A stretch of DNA of 64,000 nucleotides, taken from NCBI GenBank assembly GCA_028534125.1, contig CM052818.1:45510001-45574000 (forward strand), in the 5' to 3' direction. The translations under genes were made by a program, and so were the position numbers. The notes beneath the pieces were generated by a model, which was not told the DNA's origin, searched no databases, and was given only the letters and a program-made list of their open reading frames with translations. Position 1 is the stretch's first letter. Each line of letters starts with the position of its first letter. The DNA is from Lama glama (taxonomy: Eukaryota). This document shows positions 24,365-36,290 of this stretch, piece by piece.

Positions 24365-25689
24365 TCAGGTGCTTTGTAATTCTCTACACCAGAAGACAGA
24401 AGTGTGGGGAGCAGGCAGGCTCACAGGAGCAGGGGGCAAAACACGGAGCTTCCAGGGGACCCAGTATGCCTCAGCACTTGTCACTGCAGCTGACCACGAG
24501 AACTCGGCAGCCTCAAATCCAGGCTGAGCTGAAAAACTGCCTTGAAGACCCCCACCCGCAGCCACTGTCCCTAGCATGCACTCCACACATACTAAGTGCC
24601 CGCAATGTCTATTAGATGCAAGGACAATGATCCCGCTTTTGAGGAGCCCACAGCGCAATGGGGTACCCTCAGGAGTGTGCCAGATATCAGGGATGGGCAG
24701 TCAAACACAAGGTCCAGGGATGGCTCTGCATTCAAGGGGCTGACCCAGTCTGCGAGGAGGAGGGGGTGGTGTAGGCAGTAGGACGTGGTCCCTCAGGATA
24801 TATACTCTGTCCAGGCTAAAAGCACTCAGTTCCTGAAACCACCCAGGCTGCGACCCCAGGGCACTCGCTACGAATCACCACCTAAGAAGCAATGGTTTCA
24901 AGGCCATTCCTGGAGCCAGATCCTCCTCCAGTGGCCCAGGCCTGCAGGGCTCAGTGCCCACCGTCCTTGCTGGCCAGTCTCTGGGAAAAGCAGCTATGTC
25001 TTCCTGTCAGGGCTCGACACCTCCTGGTGCCCAGGCACAGGCCTCCCGCCCTGACTCTGATCTGCCTGCTCACACTGGGGGCGGGTGTGTGCTCAAGAGA
25101 TGACAAATTATTTTAATATATCCTGAAATCCAACTTAATTAGGAAGCAAAGTCCCAGAGGGAGAAAAATATAGTGGGGCTGAAGTCAAAGATGGATGGAT
25201 TTGGATTATGACCATTTCAGAGGTGATTGTGGTTTTAGGATGACTAATTCCTGATTCTATCACAGTCCCCAGGTAGTAAGGGCAGTTGCTCGCAGAATTC
25301 TTTCACACAGATGTTTGGCACAACGTAGAGGCACTTTCTTCTGCTGCTCAGTTCAAGTTAGAAGGGGCTGCATGTCCTGAAGACGTCCCCAGGGGTGCGA
25401 AACAGCCACAGAAACTTCCATGGAAGCCAAAAAGTACAGGTGAGACCACACAGGCTGCCAGTTTCACAAAAGGGGGTGGGGCTGGAAAGGTCACCAACGC
25501 GACAGTGAGCTGAACCCTGAGCCCTGCGTGGCCGTGACCAGCACCCAGCACCAGCCCTCCAGTCACCTGGGGCCCTGGGACAGCATTCCCTACTTCCAGG
25601 GAGTGTTCACGATGTCTTATTATAGCTCCCAGGTCCACTCTCATCAGCAGGGGATCTGAGCTCTCGTTACAAAACAAAAGGAACCCACA

Positions 25690-26215
25690 ATCTCCAGCCA
25701 TTTTGAAAAACTGGTATATTTACTAAAGATGACCACACACACTCCGTGAACCAAAAATTCAACTCCTTGACACATTCCTGGCAGAAAGACATCCACCAAT
25801 GATACAGTAGCGTGCAAGAAGGTGCACACCTGCATGATTTGTAAAAGCCTCTGCTGGAAACTGTCCCCGTGTCAACTTGCAATCGATGGATAACACACTG
25901 TAGTCCGTCGGCAGAGTGGAGGACCACAGAGCAATCAGAACGAACCTCGAGGTCACACGACACGGATGAAGCTCCCAGCATGATGCTGAGCAGAGCGGCC
26001 AGATGCTTTTGCGTACATGCTGTGTGAGTCCTATTTATAAAACCGATGCGTGGTGATGCACATCAAGACAGAGGCTACCTTGGTAGGGGGGGAGGACCAG
26101 AAACGGTCATCAGGGGTCTGCTGGGTGCTGGTGACAAAGGTTTGCTCATTTTGTGAAAACTGACCAAGCTGTCCACTTAACGCACGCAAGTGAAATTTCA
26201 GTAAAAAAGTTAAAG
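25690..26215 (+). mobile_element. Old L1 (L1ME-like) 3' region
   Basis: CCATTTTGAAAAACTGG, CACGGATGAAGCTCCCAGCATGATGCTGAGC, GTTTGCTCATTTTGTGAAAACTGACCAAGCTGTCCACTTAA. Confidence 0.7.
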
Positions 26216-26549
26216 GAAGCGAGGTACCCACTGTCGTTCCTGCATCCATCCTGGCCCACCTGGCCGATCTGGGGCTTCCCAGGAGCCCCACCCCAACTGA
26301 GGACTGGTGCTAACTAGTCCCATAGGCCATGGACGACGTCTCCTAAGACAGGTCCCCGTGTGAAATGGTGGGAAGAGAAAGTTCTGAAGTTGAGCAGGCT
26401 GGGCTCAAGCCCTGACTTCCCTCTGGAGCCCTAATTTCCTCACGACAGTCTAGAGAGGCTAGAGATGTGAGTTTTCACAAAGTGAAGACCCATGGGTACC
26501 CAGCACCCAGCCTGCACTCCCTGGAACACTAGCCACTGATTTACTGGGC

Positions 26550-27030
26550 TGAAATTTACTGATGAGCTACTATGTGCCAGGCATTGGACATACTGAGCAT
26601 TGACAGGCACCCTGCTCTCAAGGGGCTTCCTTTCCAGTAACAAGGCACCAATGGGGAAAGCAAGCCCAGACTGCTAGGAAACCAACAAAGAGAAGTGGTT
26701 TGACAAAGATCACCAGGGGGACAAGGGGTTGGGGTGGTACTATAGCCTGGATGCTCAGGGAAGTCCTGAGTCAGGGACACAAATGAGGAGGAAGGGACAG
26801 ACTTATGAAGAAGGCTCTGGGCAGAGGGAACAGCAAGTGCAAAGGCCCTGAGGTAGGAGCATGCTTGGAAGCAGCAAGAAGATAGGTATGGCTGAAGCAT
26901 CACAAACAAGGCCAGAGGTAGGGGATTAAGAGATGAGGTCAGCAGTGAGGAGGGGCTCAGAGGACAGGCAAGGAGTTCACATTTTTGTTTTGAGCACAAT
27001 TGCTGTAGAAGAACTTTGAAAAGCAGTGCT
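26550..27030 (-). mobile_element. L2 LINE fragment
   Basis: CTACTATGTGCCAGGCATTG; GGCAGAGGGAACAGCAAGTGCAAAGGCCCTGAGGTAGGAGCATGCTTGG. Confidence 0.85.
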
Positions 27031-28090
27031 ACAAAAACACCAGGCACTGGAGAAAGGCACTATAAGATCCCCTGGACCTGGGGGGCAGCAAAAAGTGGGA
27101 CCTCCTTGCAACCTTCCAGACCTCTCCCCCTCAGGCGGGAGGTCACTTCTAAAGGTGCTGCATTTCCTTGAGACATAAAATCTAAGCTTGTTCATTCTTG
27201 ATTCTCCGTGGGCAGGAAAGAAAATAAAATGGCTCATTGCCCATTAATAAATTCTTGGAACCTCCAGAGCTCAGGTCACTGCTTCCCCCTCATCGGCTCA
27301 TGATGCCAGAGAGCCCGGGACCAGGGGCCATAAAAACCCTGCCCTGGCGTTCTTCTCCGGTGGCGTCTGAGGCGCCTCCTGTTCCGGAGAGAGGAAGAAA
27401 AAGCAAACCTTTGCCAACAGAGAACAATGAGGCAGCCACAGGGGAAACACCGGTGGGCTCTGGGGAGGCGGGGAGCAAGAGATCCAAACCCGATCCAGCA
27501 ATTTCTATTTGGGGGCACATTCTGCCCAGACACGCCCACTGTCAGCTGTCTCGGCCAGAGAACAAGCTCACACTTTTGCAGCTGAGGGGACCCCAAAAAC
27601 CCCAGTCCCCTGGGGGGTCCCTCGCGAGTGCCAAGAAGCAGTCCGACCTCCCCCCACCCCTGTGAGGCCACCTCACCTGCCGTGTACATGGACCTCCACC
27701 CACGATTTCACTTGGGAGGGAAAAGGTTTGGCTGCAAAGAATAATGACAAAGAGAAAGAAAAGAAAGAACACCCACCTTGTCCAATCTTCCTTCATTTTG
27801 CAGTTGAGCAAACAGCGCCCAGAGAAGGGACTTACCCAGGATCGGAGAGCCAGGTACCAGCCTGGATGGATGGAGGCGCTTTCAGTGCTGGGCAGAGATG
27901 TGAAGGAAGATTCAGGCACCCAAACAAGTGCCCCTCCCAGTGCTCAGGCCGCAAGCCACCCATCCCCTGCTGGTCGCCTGCCCCAAGAGCTGAGCCACAG
28001 GCCTCTCTTAAACTTTCTGAAAGTTTTATGAATAGCGATGTTGGAGGAGAGAAGGGAAGGGTTTGGAACAAGCTGTCAAAATTGCCCTTT

Positions 28091-28399
28091 TCAGCAATTT
28101 CCGTTATTCTGTTTGACACTATAGTGGTGGCAACATGTCATTAAGCATTTGTCAAAATCCACTGAATGTACAGCATCAAGAGTAAACCCTAATGTAAACT
28201 ATGGACTTTGATTGATAATAATGTGTCCATGTTGGTTCATCGATTGTGCCAAACAAGCTACACTGAAGAGGGATGTTGAGAGTGGAGGAGTATATGTGTG
28301 TGGGTGGGGAGGGCTATGTGTGAACTCTGTATTTTCTGCTCAATTCTGCTGTGAACCTGAAACTGCTCTAAAAAAATAAAGCTATTAATAATAATTTTT
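28091..28399 (+). mobile_element. L1MC/MD-like 3' end with a perfect 13-bp TSD
   Basis: AAACCCTAATGTAAACTATGGACTTTG...TTCTGCTGTGAACCTGAAACTGCTCTAAAAAAATAAAG; TSD AAAATTGCCCTTT at 28078-28090 and 28400-28412. Confidence 0.9.
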
Positions 28400-28524
28400 A
28401 AAATTGCCCTTTCATTGATAGCCCACAGGCAGGAGAGGACAAGAGTCACGTACCCCTTGAATGGCAGCAAGTTTCCACCTATGACCCAGCCAACTTCACG
28501 AGAGCCTCGGTGGGCACACAGGGT

Positions 28525-28610
28525 TCATTCTTACCCCCACTTCACGGATGAGGACGCTGAGGCCCAGAGAAGTTCAGGTCTTGCCTGGAGCCACAGAGTC
28601 AGAAAGAGGA
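28525..28610 (-). mobile_element. MIR fragment
   Basis: CCCCACTTCACGGATGAGGACGCTGAGGCCCAGAGAAGTTCAGGTCTTGCC. Confidence 0.7.
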
Positions 28611-29544
28611 AGAAACCATGGGCTTCTGCCTCCAACTCAGGTCACTCAGGGGAGGTGTCACCACTCCCTAAGGAGCTGCCTCATATCCAACCAGCGATTC
28701 CCACTCTGAGCAGCTGTTCCTCCAAGGAAGGAGGCTCCCTACCTGCCCAGGATGCACCCCTCTGGTCCCAGACTGGAGGCAGGAGCTGGCTCTGGCTGGT
28801 CCAGCTGCCTGTGAGCTGTGTTCCTCCGTCCACTTACCCAATGGCTCACAAACTCGCCGATCGTCCAGGCACAGACAGCACACAGACCCAGAGCCCTGCC
28901 CTCTCAGTTGCATGGTAGTGGTTGCATGTGGTTCATACCACATACTGTTAAGTCCTGCAGGGGGAGGGGAGGGGGCATATAATTCTAAACAGGAGCTAAG
29001 GGAGGGGTCACCAGGTGACGGTGGGTCATGCTGTGTAGATCGGTGCCCCTTGGCTCTCTGTTCTCTGGCCATAGAAGGGAAGTGGGGCTCCCTCACCTAG
29101 GACGTCTCAAGTAAGTAACCACAAGGAGAGGGAGCGTAGGGGCACCCTTACTGCACCTGACTCCCAGTGTCCCCTCCCTTTACAACCAGTGGGGCCACGG
29201 CCAGGCAGCAAAGGACAGGAGAGCTGCTCCCAGACAACGTCATCCCTGGGCTCACCCTGGACACCCTGGGAGCAGGTACTAGAGCACCAGGAACGCGGGG
29301 TAGGAAGCACCCTCCACATGGAGGTGGCCCAAAGCATGTCAGATCTGGGCTCTGACACGTCACCACGTGGCCCTGGGCAAGTCACCAGTCCTTCAGGGCT
29401 GCTCCCCACCGTGAGCTCCTGGGGGGACTGCGGGGGCCGCAGGAGGTGATGAATTCACATGGAAGCTCTTTAAGCTCCTAGCCTTTAAGGCTCCACCTCA
29501 GGACCGCCGGGCACATTCACACTCCATCCCACTCTCAGGACCAT

Positions 29545-29625
29545 CACCCCACCTACAGATGGGCAATGGAGGCTCAGAGAGGTTAAGCCATCTTCCCAAG
29601 GTCACACAGCCAGGTAATGCCATGC
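29545..29625 (-). mobile_element. MIR fragment
   Basis: TACAGATGGGCAATGGAGGCTCAGAGAGGTTAAGCCATCTTCCCAAGGTCACACAGC. Confidence 0.75.
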
Positions 29626-32314
29626 CAGCTGGGCCTCCTGGGCCCGCCCAGTGAGGGCTGCCAGAGACTAAACCGTGCCCTCCAGGAGCGATAAAGGAGC
29701 AAGGAAAGTGGCACTAATTAAGCATTTAAGTGTAATTAGGCAAGACCCGTGGCAGGGCAGAGGGTGGGGCCTGAGGTGGGGTCTGTGCAGAGGCAGGAAG
29801 GGTGGGCAGAGGGGCTCCCAGCGTGGCTGCTTGCAGAGCAGCCTCCAAAGGCCAGGCTCCAGATGCCCCCCTTCTGCCCTGACTGAAGCCCCTCGTGGTC
29901 CCGCAGCCCCATCACTTAGCATTTGAGGACCCGACAATCAAGCCCAGGTCAGGTCCTGTGGGGGCCTCAATCCCAGCAAGTGTGGCAGGACGAAGATGCT
30001 GAAAATTCTGAGACTCGCTCCCAAGCAGCCTGCCCCATCCCTGAAGCCCTGAGGGTCTGTGAGCGCTGCCTGTAACCTGTATGCTGGGGCTCCTGGCCCT
30101 TCTAGACTGGGCACTCTCAGGGCGGGGTCTTGCCCCCAAGTCTCCCATGCATGGCGCCGGGAGCATGGCGAACTTTCAATCAACGTTTAATGTGTGAGTC
30201 AGCAAGCAGGCTGCTCAGAGGAAGAGGAGATTCAAGATGAGGCTGCAGAGGAATGACACAGTCAGACAACGGAGGGCTCTGAACACTGGGGTTCAGGTTG
30301 CTTTTAGCAATAGGGAGCCATGGTAGGCTCTCGAGCAGTGGACGAGGAGGAAGGTCAGCACGGCAGCCTGGGCGGGAAGGACCACAGTGCCAAGGCTGGT
30401 GTCAGGGGGAGACCACTGGGGAGAGCGTGAGCAACCTGAGCACTGGCACTCGTGAAAATCAGGGCTTCTTGAGGTGTTTGTGATCCTAAGTGGCTTTCTG
30501 CTGGTCAAACACAGAAATTGGAAACAAACCCAGACCCCCCCCGCGACAGAACGCTACTGCACGGTTGCATTAACGTCCTAGTTGCTGGTCTACCCTAGAC
30601 CCCCAGGCCAGCAGTGCTCCAGGCTATGCTTCCTGAAGCAGGTCACCAGCAGGAAAAGCATAACTTCACCACAAAGAGACAGAAAGGAAAGCGCCTAGAG
30701 AGGATCTGGGCTCCCCTGAAACGCAGCCTGCAAACCAGCCTGCAAACGGGGTTCAGGGCCGTGGAGGATTAAGGCCAATTCTCCTCCGAAGCCACTTATT
30801 CAGTAGCCAAGAGTGAGCCAGCAGAGCTGCCGCATCTGTGATGAAGGGATAAGTCATCTGAAAACACAAATAAATTATTCATTCCCCGCAAACGAGCAGC
30901 CGCCGGGTTCCTGCGGCAGCCGCCGCATCACAAGCGCCCGGGAGGCTCTGCGGATCCCATTAGTGACACCGCCGCTCAGCCGAGCAGGCAGCGATCCCGC
31001 CACCGCCCCGGGTGGACCACTGTCGCCGGGAGCTGCCCGCGCTGCTCTCCACTCTGCGTCCATAAGTGAAATCGGCCCAGCACCACGTGGAAAGTCACAG
31101 CCCCGCCGGCTGGCCTGGGAGGCACGAGGCTCCTGTGCGGAGCGTCTGCACCGAGGACTAGGTTCCCCGGAGCCGCCTTCCACCCACAGCCTCCCTCCAG
31201 CTCCCTCCAGCTCATCCCACCACTGCCCATCAGGACCCCAGCCTGGAGCCGGCCGCTTGCTTGAACGCAGATTCCCAGGCCCTGCCCCAGATCCCCTCTG
31301 GGGCTCAGCCTGGGCACCGCATTTCCCGTAAGCACTGGAGCTGAGGCCACCAGGAGGAAGCGCTGGCGTCCCGGAGTCACCCCGGATCAATCGCGGCTTG
31401 GCTGGTCTGGCAGCCCTGCGCAGCCCTAGGTCAGGCTCTGGGCCTCTCAGGGCCCCAGGTGCTCTGCTGTGCTCTTGGAAAGATGACAAGAAAAAACATT
31501 TGCAAAGCAACTGCCCGGCACTAGCGCAGGGCAGAGGTGGCTCACCGCTGGGCCTCTGCACGGCCCCGCGTCTCTGTTTTTGTCTTTGATTTCAGTCTCT
31601 CAGCTCACTTCACAGTTGGGAGGAAAAGTCTGAGGGGTTTTTTTGACTGCCAAGCCCTGACCCGCCACTGCTATTTCCTCTGCGAAGAATGCGTTCTCGG
31701 CCCCCAGACAACTACTCTCCGCTCAGATCCAGCTCACAGGCCCTTGCAGAGGGAAGCCTCAGCTCCCAGCCACTCACTTTTACCACACTTGTCTGGGGCT
31801 GCAGCTTAGCGCCTGTACCCACAGGGGAGGAACGTGGAGGGGACGGGGTCTCACCCGCGTGGTACACAGGCTGGCGCCAAACTGCATGGTCAGCATGGGG
31901 TGAAGCAGTGATCGCCTGAGAGAGGTCCCTGTATCTCGTTTAGTTGACAGCTTTCTCTTTGCAGACTTGTCCCGTGTGATGTGAGTTGGCAGGTTCTGTC
32001 CCTCAGTCTCGGTCCTTGCACGAGGGGTCTTCTGCAAGGACACTTCTCACTTTGCTCCTGAAGGGGAGGAGTTGCTCATCTGATCTGGCTGAAGAAATGA
32101 CCTTCCAACCTGGTCCCCCGTGTCCCCTACGCTGCCCCAGCAGTGGAGGTCGGCAGCTGCTCAGCTGTCTGCCTGATTGGGAAACATTTTTAAGGGTGGG
32201 GGCAAGCAGCAGGAAGCTGATGCTGGTCCTAGAACAAGCTTGTCACCCAGAACCACCAGCAAAAAGGGGTGTGGGGGGGCGGTGTCTCTGTATTCGTACA
32301 CATACATATAATTT

Positions 32315-32532
32315 AGTAATTCTCAACCAGGGGCAATTTTGCGTCCGGGGGACATTTGGTGATGTCTGGAGGCATTTCTGGTTATTTAACGCGGGGGGGG
32401 GTGTCATCTACTGGCACCTAACGGGTGGAGGCCAAGGATGATGGTAAACACCCTACAGTGCACAGGATGCACACCCCCCAACAAAGAATTATGCCCCCCC
32501 AAGATGTCCACAATGCCGAGGGTGAGACCCTG
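32315..32532. mobile_element. MER20 (hAT-Charlie) DNA transposon
   Basis: TTCTCAACCAGGGGCAATTTTGC...GGGGACATTTGG...CTACTGGCACCTAACGGGTGGAGGCCAAGGATG...CCCCCAACAAAGAATTAT. Confidence 0.88.
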
Positions 32533-33052
32533 AGGTAGACAGTCCCTGGTGGTCATCGCTTGAGTTCACCTCTCCACTGGTTTCAGAATCTAGTGCCGGG
32601 GTGGGCTGATGGAACCACACCCTTATCTCCAAATACCAGGTCAAAGGTCATGGAGGACGCCCACTGCTCTAGAGTCTCGAACAAGGAAGCCCCCGCTCCC
32701 CAGGATCCTTTTAAAAGGGAGGGGCTCCAGGAAGTGTTCAGGAAGAGCGCCGAAGGCCTGCTGGGTGGCCCGCAGGAGCAGGAGGATGGGCAGCCTGTGT
32801 AACTGGCTTGCTCTGGAGACCACACCCACGTTTTACACTCACCCCACTCAGGGGCAGGGAGCAGTGTTTCAGAAAGTCCAGCCCTCGGGGTAGCATGAGC
32901 CCCCATGAGGACCTGGGGGCTGCCTCTGTCCTGCACCGCACTGACCCAGGTAACCTAGGCCAACCAAGATGCCCAATGGTTCCCACGTCTGACCCTTCTC
33001 GTAGGAGTGATGAGCTGATCTTTGACAGGGAATGGGAGTCCCATCTATGCGT

Positions 33053-33380
33053 TCTTTCACTCATTCAAAACACATTTAACTGAACAGTTACTAGGCCCCC
33101 AGCACTGTCTTGGTGTTACAGATGCAACAGGGAGCATGAACAATTCTTGCTTTCAAGGAGCTCACTTAAGCACCCCAGGAGATGACAGAGCAGAATGACA
33201 TGTGCCATGACATGTGTGCAGGATTTGAGCAGGGGCCACAGTGAGGCCGGCAGCCCTAGCTTAGGATCTGGGAAGACTTCTTGGAGGAGGAAGCATCTTA
33301 ACAGTGACCCAAAGGGTGAATAAGAGCTAGCCATGCAGAGATAGAGGAAATGTCTAGGGAGCGGCCTTGCCAAGGACTTC
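33053..33380 (-). mobile_element. L2 LINE fragment
   Basis: TCACTCATTCAAAACACATTTAACTGAAC...; GGGAAGACTTCTTGGAGGAGG. Confidence 0.7.
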
Positions 33381-35165
33381 CCGAGACACTCCCTCACCCA
33401 GGCAGCGGCAGCTGACGCACCACAGGTCGGTGGGTGGCTGTGGTCAGCACCCCAGCTCCCTGGTGAAAGGGGGACCAAGTGGATCACGGCAGGGAGACCT
33501 TCACTGGCGGCTGGGAGACTTGTGTCCAGCAGGGCTGTCCTGAGTGGAAAAAGTCCAGGGGGCAGTCGTATTAAAGACGCAACCAGCAAACACACACCTA
33601 CCCCTGCCCGGCCCACAGCAGCTCCCCTTTATACTCTCTGGCTCTCCAAAATCAGCAGGCTGACCTCCACCCACCTGCCCACACACCTTCTCACCAGCCC
33701 CACAGCACAGGAACCTGGTGTCTCTGGACCAAGTCAACCTCCTGCACTTACTGACTGAGAGCTAGATTTTTTAAAATACAAAGTTACTGTGGCAAAAGGA
33801 AAGGCAGGCCACGACTCACAACCAGCTCTTCCTACGCCTCTGCAGTGCTGGTGGGCATCTTGCAGTTAAAACTGTGCTGTGCTGTGCTGCAGTGATTGGT
33901 GGACCTGGGGCAAGAAGCCCACCTTCCCTTACGAGAGGGGCTCCTGGAAGCTTGGTCCAAAGGACCCACAGCCAGGCCTACTCCGGATTCCAGCTGGGGG
34001 GCTGCAGGGCAGCCTGCATAGACCAACCAGGGAAAGCCAGGATCCGAGCGTGCGCACAAGCCTCCCACATCTTTACATTTTTTACCTCAAACAGCACACT
34101 CATGAATGAGTGAATCTGTACTTAACCACAGTGCCTTTAACTCGGCTGAAATTCATCTTACGTTCAGCTCATCCTTTCAACCTACCAGAGCGTCTGGAAT
34201 TTAACAGTTCTCCAGTTTTGTACCCTCGGCCCATCTGATACACACATGCCACGTCACATAAAGTGGTGGCTGAAAATGCAGATGTGGCCAGGGAAAAGGC
34301 CCCACAACCATCCTCCCATCACCCAGGCGGGGACAGCTGACACCACACACAGGTCAGTGGGCGGCTTGAGTGTTCATGTATGTTTACCTGTTTACTTTCC
34401 ACACTGGGCCGACAGTTCTTCAGAACATAACTCCCGAATAGCCACTTCTGTATCTCAGGTCCTGTGTTTCAGTGGGTACCCTGAGCCCTGGGTGCTGCCC
34501 TCAAGATGCTCGTCTGCTGGGGATACTTTCCAAGTTCAACGCACAGGTCATGGGAGGGATGATGTGAGCAGAGAGGAAGGGAAGCTTCCAGGAAAGAGGG
34601 CCCGCAGGCGGGCTTGGAGGCAGGCCGGGAGGAGTAGAGGGAGGGGTGCCCTGGTAGGAGGGGGTCCTGTGTGGCCAGCACTTGTGTACCAGCCCAGTAG
34701 CTGCAGTGGGTGAAGCCACGTAACTATTCTGGATCCCACAGGCTGGGAAACAAACTGGCAGTGACATTATCAAATGCTACCCCCACACCTTGCCAGGTGA
34801 AGCATCTCTGCATCTTGAGCAATGGGAAAACAGAATAAACCCCGAGTGTCCAGCAAGTCTGGACATACAAGGTGCCGGGCTTCAGTTGTGGCTCAGCTCA
34901 GCGCCCCCTACTTGGCCATTCGGGGTGGACACAGCTCCTGCTGCCTGGTTCCCCCCACACCTCTCCATGGTGCCTTCTAGAAGGACCAAGCGCTGAAAAG
35001 CAGGGCATTAGTTAGTTTAATAAATTGCAGTGCACGTTAAGGAATGAAATAGTAACACAGCCTGCAGAGTTGGGCCACAAAGGATGATTTTACTAAAATA
35101 GAATAAAGATTTCAGTAAGTTATTACATTAGGTCACAATGCAGTATATGGAAAAATTGTAGTCTC

Positions 35166-35252
35166 GGGATGGGGTTAAAACTCAGTGGTAGAGCACATGC
35201 TTAGCATGCACGAGGTCCTGGGATCAATCCCCAGTGCCTCCATTAAAAAAAA
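35166..35252 (+). mobile_element. tRNA-Ala(AGC)-derived SINE, short form (head plus A tail), Vic-1-like
   Basis: CTCAGTGGTAGAGCACATGCTTAGCATGCACGAGGTCCTGGGATCAATCCCCAGTGCCTCCATT, then A8; TSD AAAAATTGTAGTCT (35151-35164) / AAAAAATGCAGTCT (35247-35260). Confidence 0.88.
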
Positions 35253-35479
35253 TGCAGTCTTATTGCATTTCATGAGACACATGAGGTAGGAGCTCTAAGA
35301 AAGACAGTGTGGTCCAGGACTGGCCTGCCTGGCTGGGGCTGGGAGGCTGTATTTTCCCGTTCAGCGTTAGAGGGTGCTCCGGTTGCTCCCCCTGCCGCTC
35401 CTCCCATCTGACAGACCCACTCCCCCGTGGGTCTTGCACTGGCTCGCCCTGGACCACCCTCCTCGGCAGGGATACCCAC

Positions 35480-35760
35480 ACTTTGCTCACTCATCACCAT
35501 CTTAATGAGGTCTGCCGTCACCCACTGACCTAAACCTGTGAGACCCTCGCTCCTACACACCTGCTTCCCCATCACTCCTCTCAGCGCCTTCTCAGGGTAT
35601 CCAGCACCCGACATGTGATATGATTTACCCACTTATCACATTTATTATTGGTCTCCTCTTGACATGGGAGGTTTGTCACTTTATTTTTCAGGTGGATCCT
35701 CACGGCCTAAAACAGCATCTGGCACACAGCAGGCACTCAATAAATGCCTGCTGCATGATG
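35480..35760 (+). mobile_element. L2 3' end
   Basis: GCCTAAAACAGCATCTGGCACACAGCAGGCACTCAATAAATGCCTGCTG. Confidence 0.75.
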
Positions 35761-35917
35761 AGCTATGTGTATGATGTATAACTTTTGTAATAAAGGACAA
35801 AAATAACAGAATAGTTAAATGTAATTTTTTCCTTCATCTAGGTCAGGCATATTTCTCCTTAATGCTAGACCTGCGTATTTTCACATGCATTGTCAGCATT
35901 AAGAATGGGGTCTTTTT

Positions 35918-36154
35918 AGAGTGGGAAGGGATAAATTGAGAGTTTGAGATTTGCAGATACTGTTATATATATATAAAATAGATACACAAGTTTCTTCTGT
36001 ATAGCAGAGGGAACTATATTCAATATCTTGTAGCATCCTATAATAAAAAAAGAGTACGAAAACAAGTACGTGTATGTACATGTATGACTGAAACATTATG
36101 CTGTACACCAGAAACTGACACAAAATTGTAAACTGACTATACTTTAAAAAAAAA
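35918..36154 (+). mobile_element. 5'-truncated L1 3' end with poly(A) and a 17-bp TSD
   Basis: GGGATAAATTGAGAGTTTGAGATT...GCTGTACACCAGAAACTGACACAAAATTGTAAACTGACTATAC then A tail; TSD AAGAATGGGGTCTTTTT (35901-35917) / AAGAATGGAGTCTTTTT (36155-36171). Confidence 0.93.
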
Positions 36155-36171
36155 AAGAATGGAGTCTTTTT

Positions 36172-36290
36172 TTTGTCAAGTCAAATCTTTAAGGTATAAT
36201 TTACATATCATAAAAATCACTCGTTTGAGGTTTACAGTTAGTGGGTTTTGACAAATGTACATGGTCGTGTTAATCATCGACATAACATTT
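36172..36290 (-). mobile_element. Old L1M 3' terminus
   Basis: TTTAAGGTATAATTTACATATCATAAAAATCACTCGTTTGAGGTTTACAGTT...TTTTGACAAATGTAC. Confidence 0.7.

Noticed and set aside
27300..27410. Possible exon after a minus-strand pyrimidine tract (AG at 27380-27379)
   Set aside because: Purines immediately before the AG and no credible donor downstream.
30875..31561. 228-aa ORF and the many other 60-210 aa ORFs in the track
   Set aside because: Pro/Gly/Ala/Arg-rich, often non-ATG starts, overlapping on both strands and with no recognisable domains; expected by chance at this GC content.
35166..35242. Functional tRNA-Ala(AGC) gene (also 56024-56099)
   Set aside because: Extra 5' G-rich leader, A tail and TSDs, and no immediate oligo-T terminator. 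The 35166 copy also has a broken D-stem and B box. These are SINEs.
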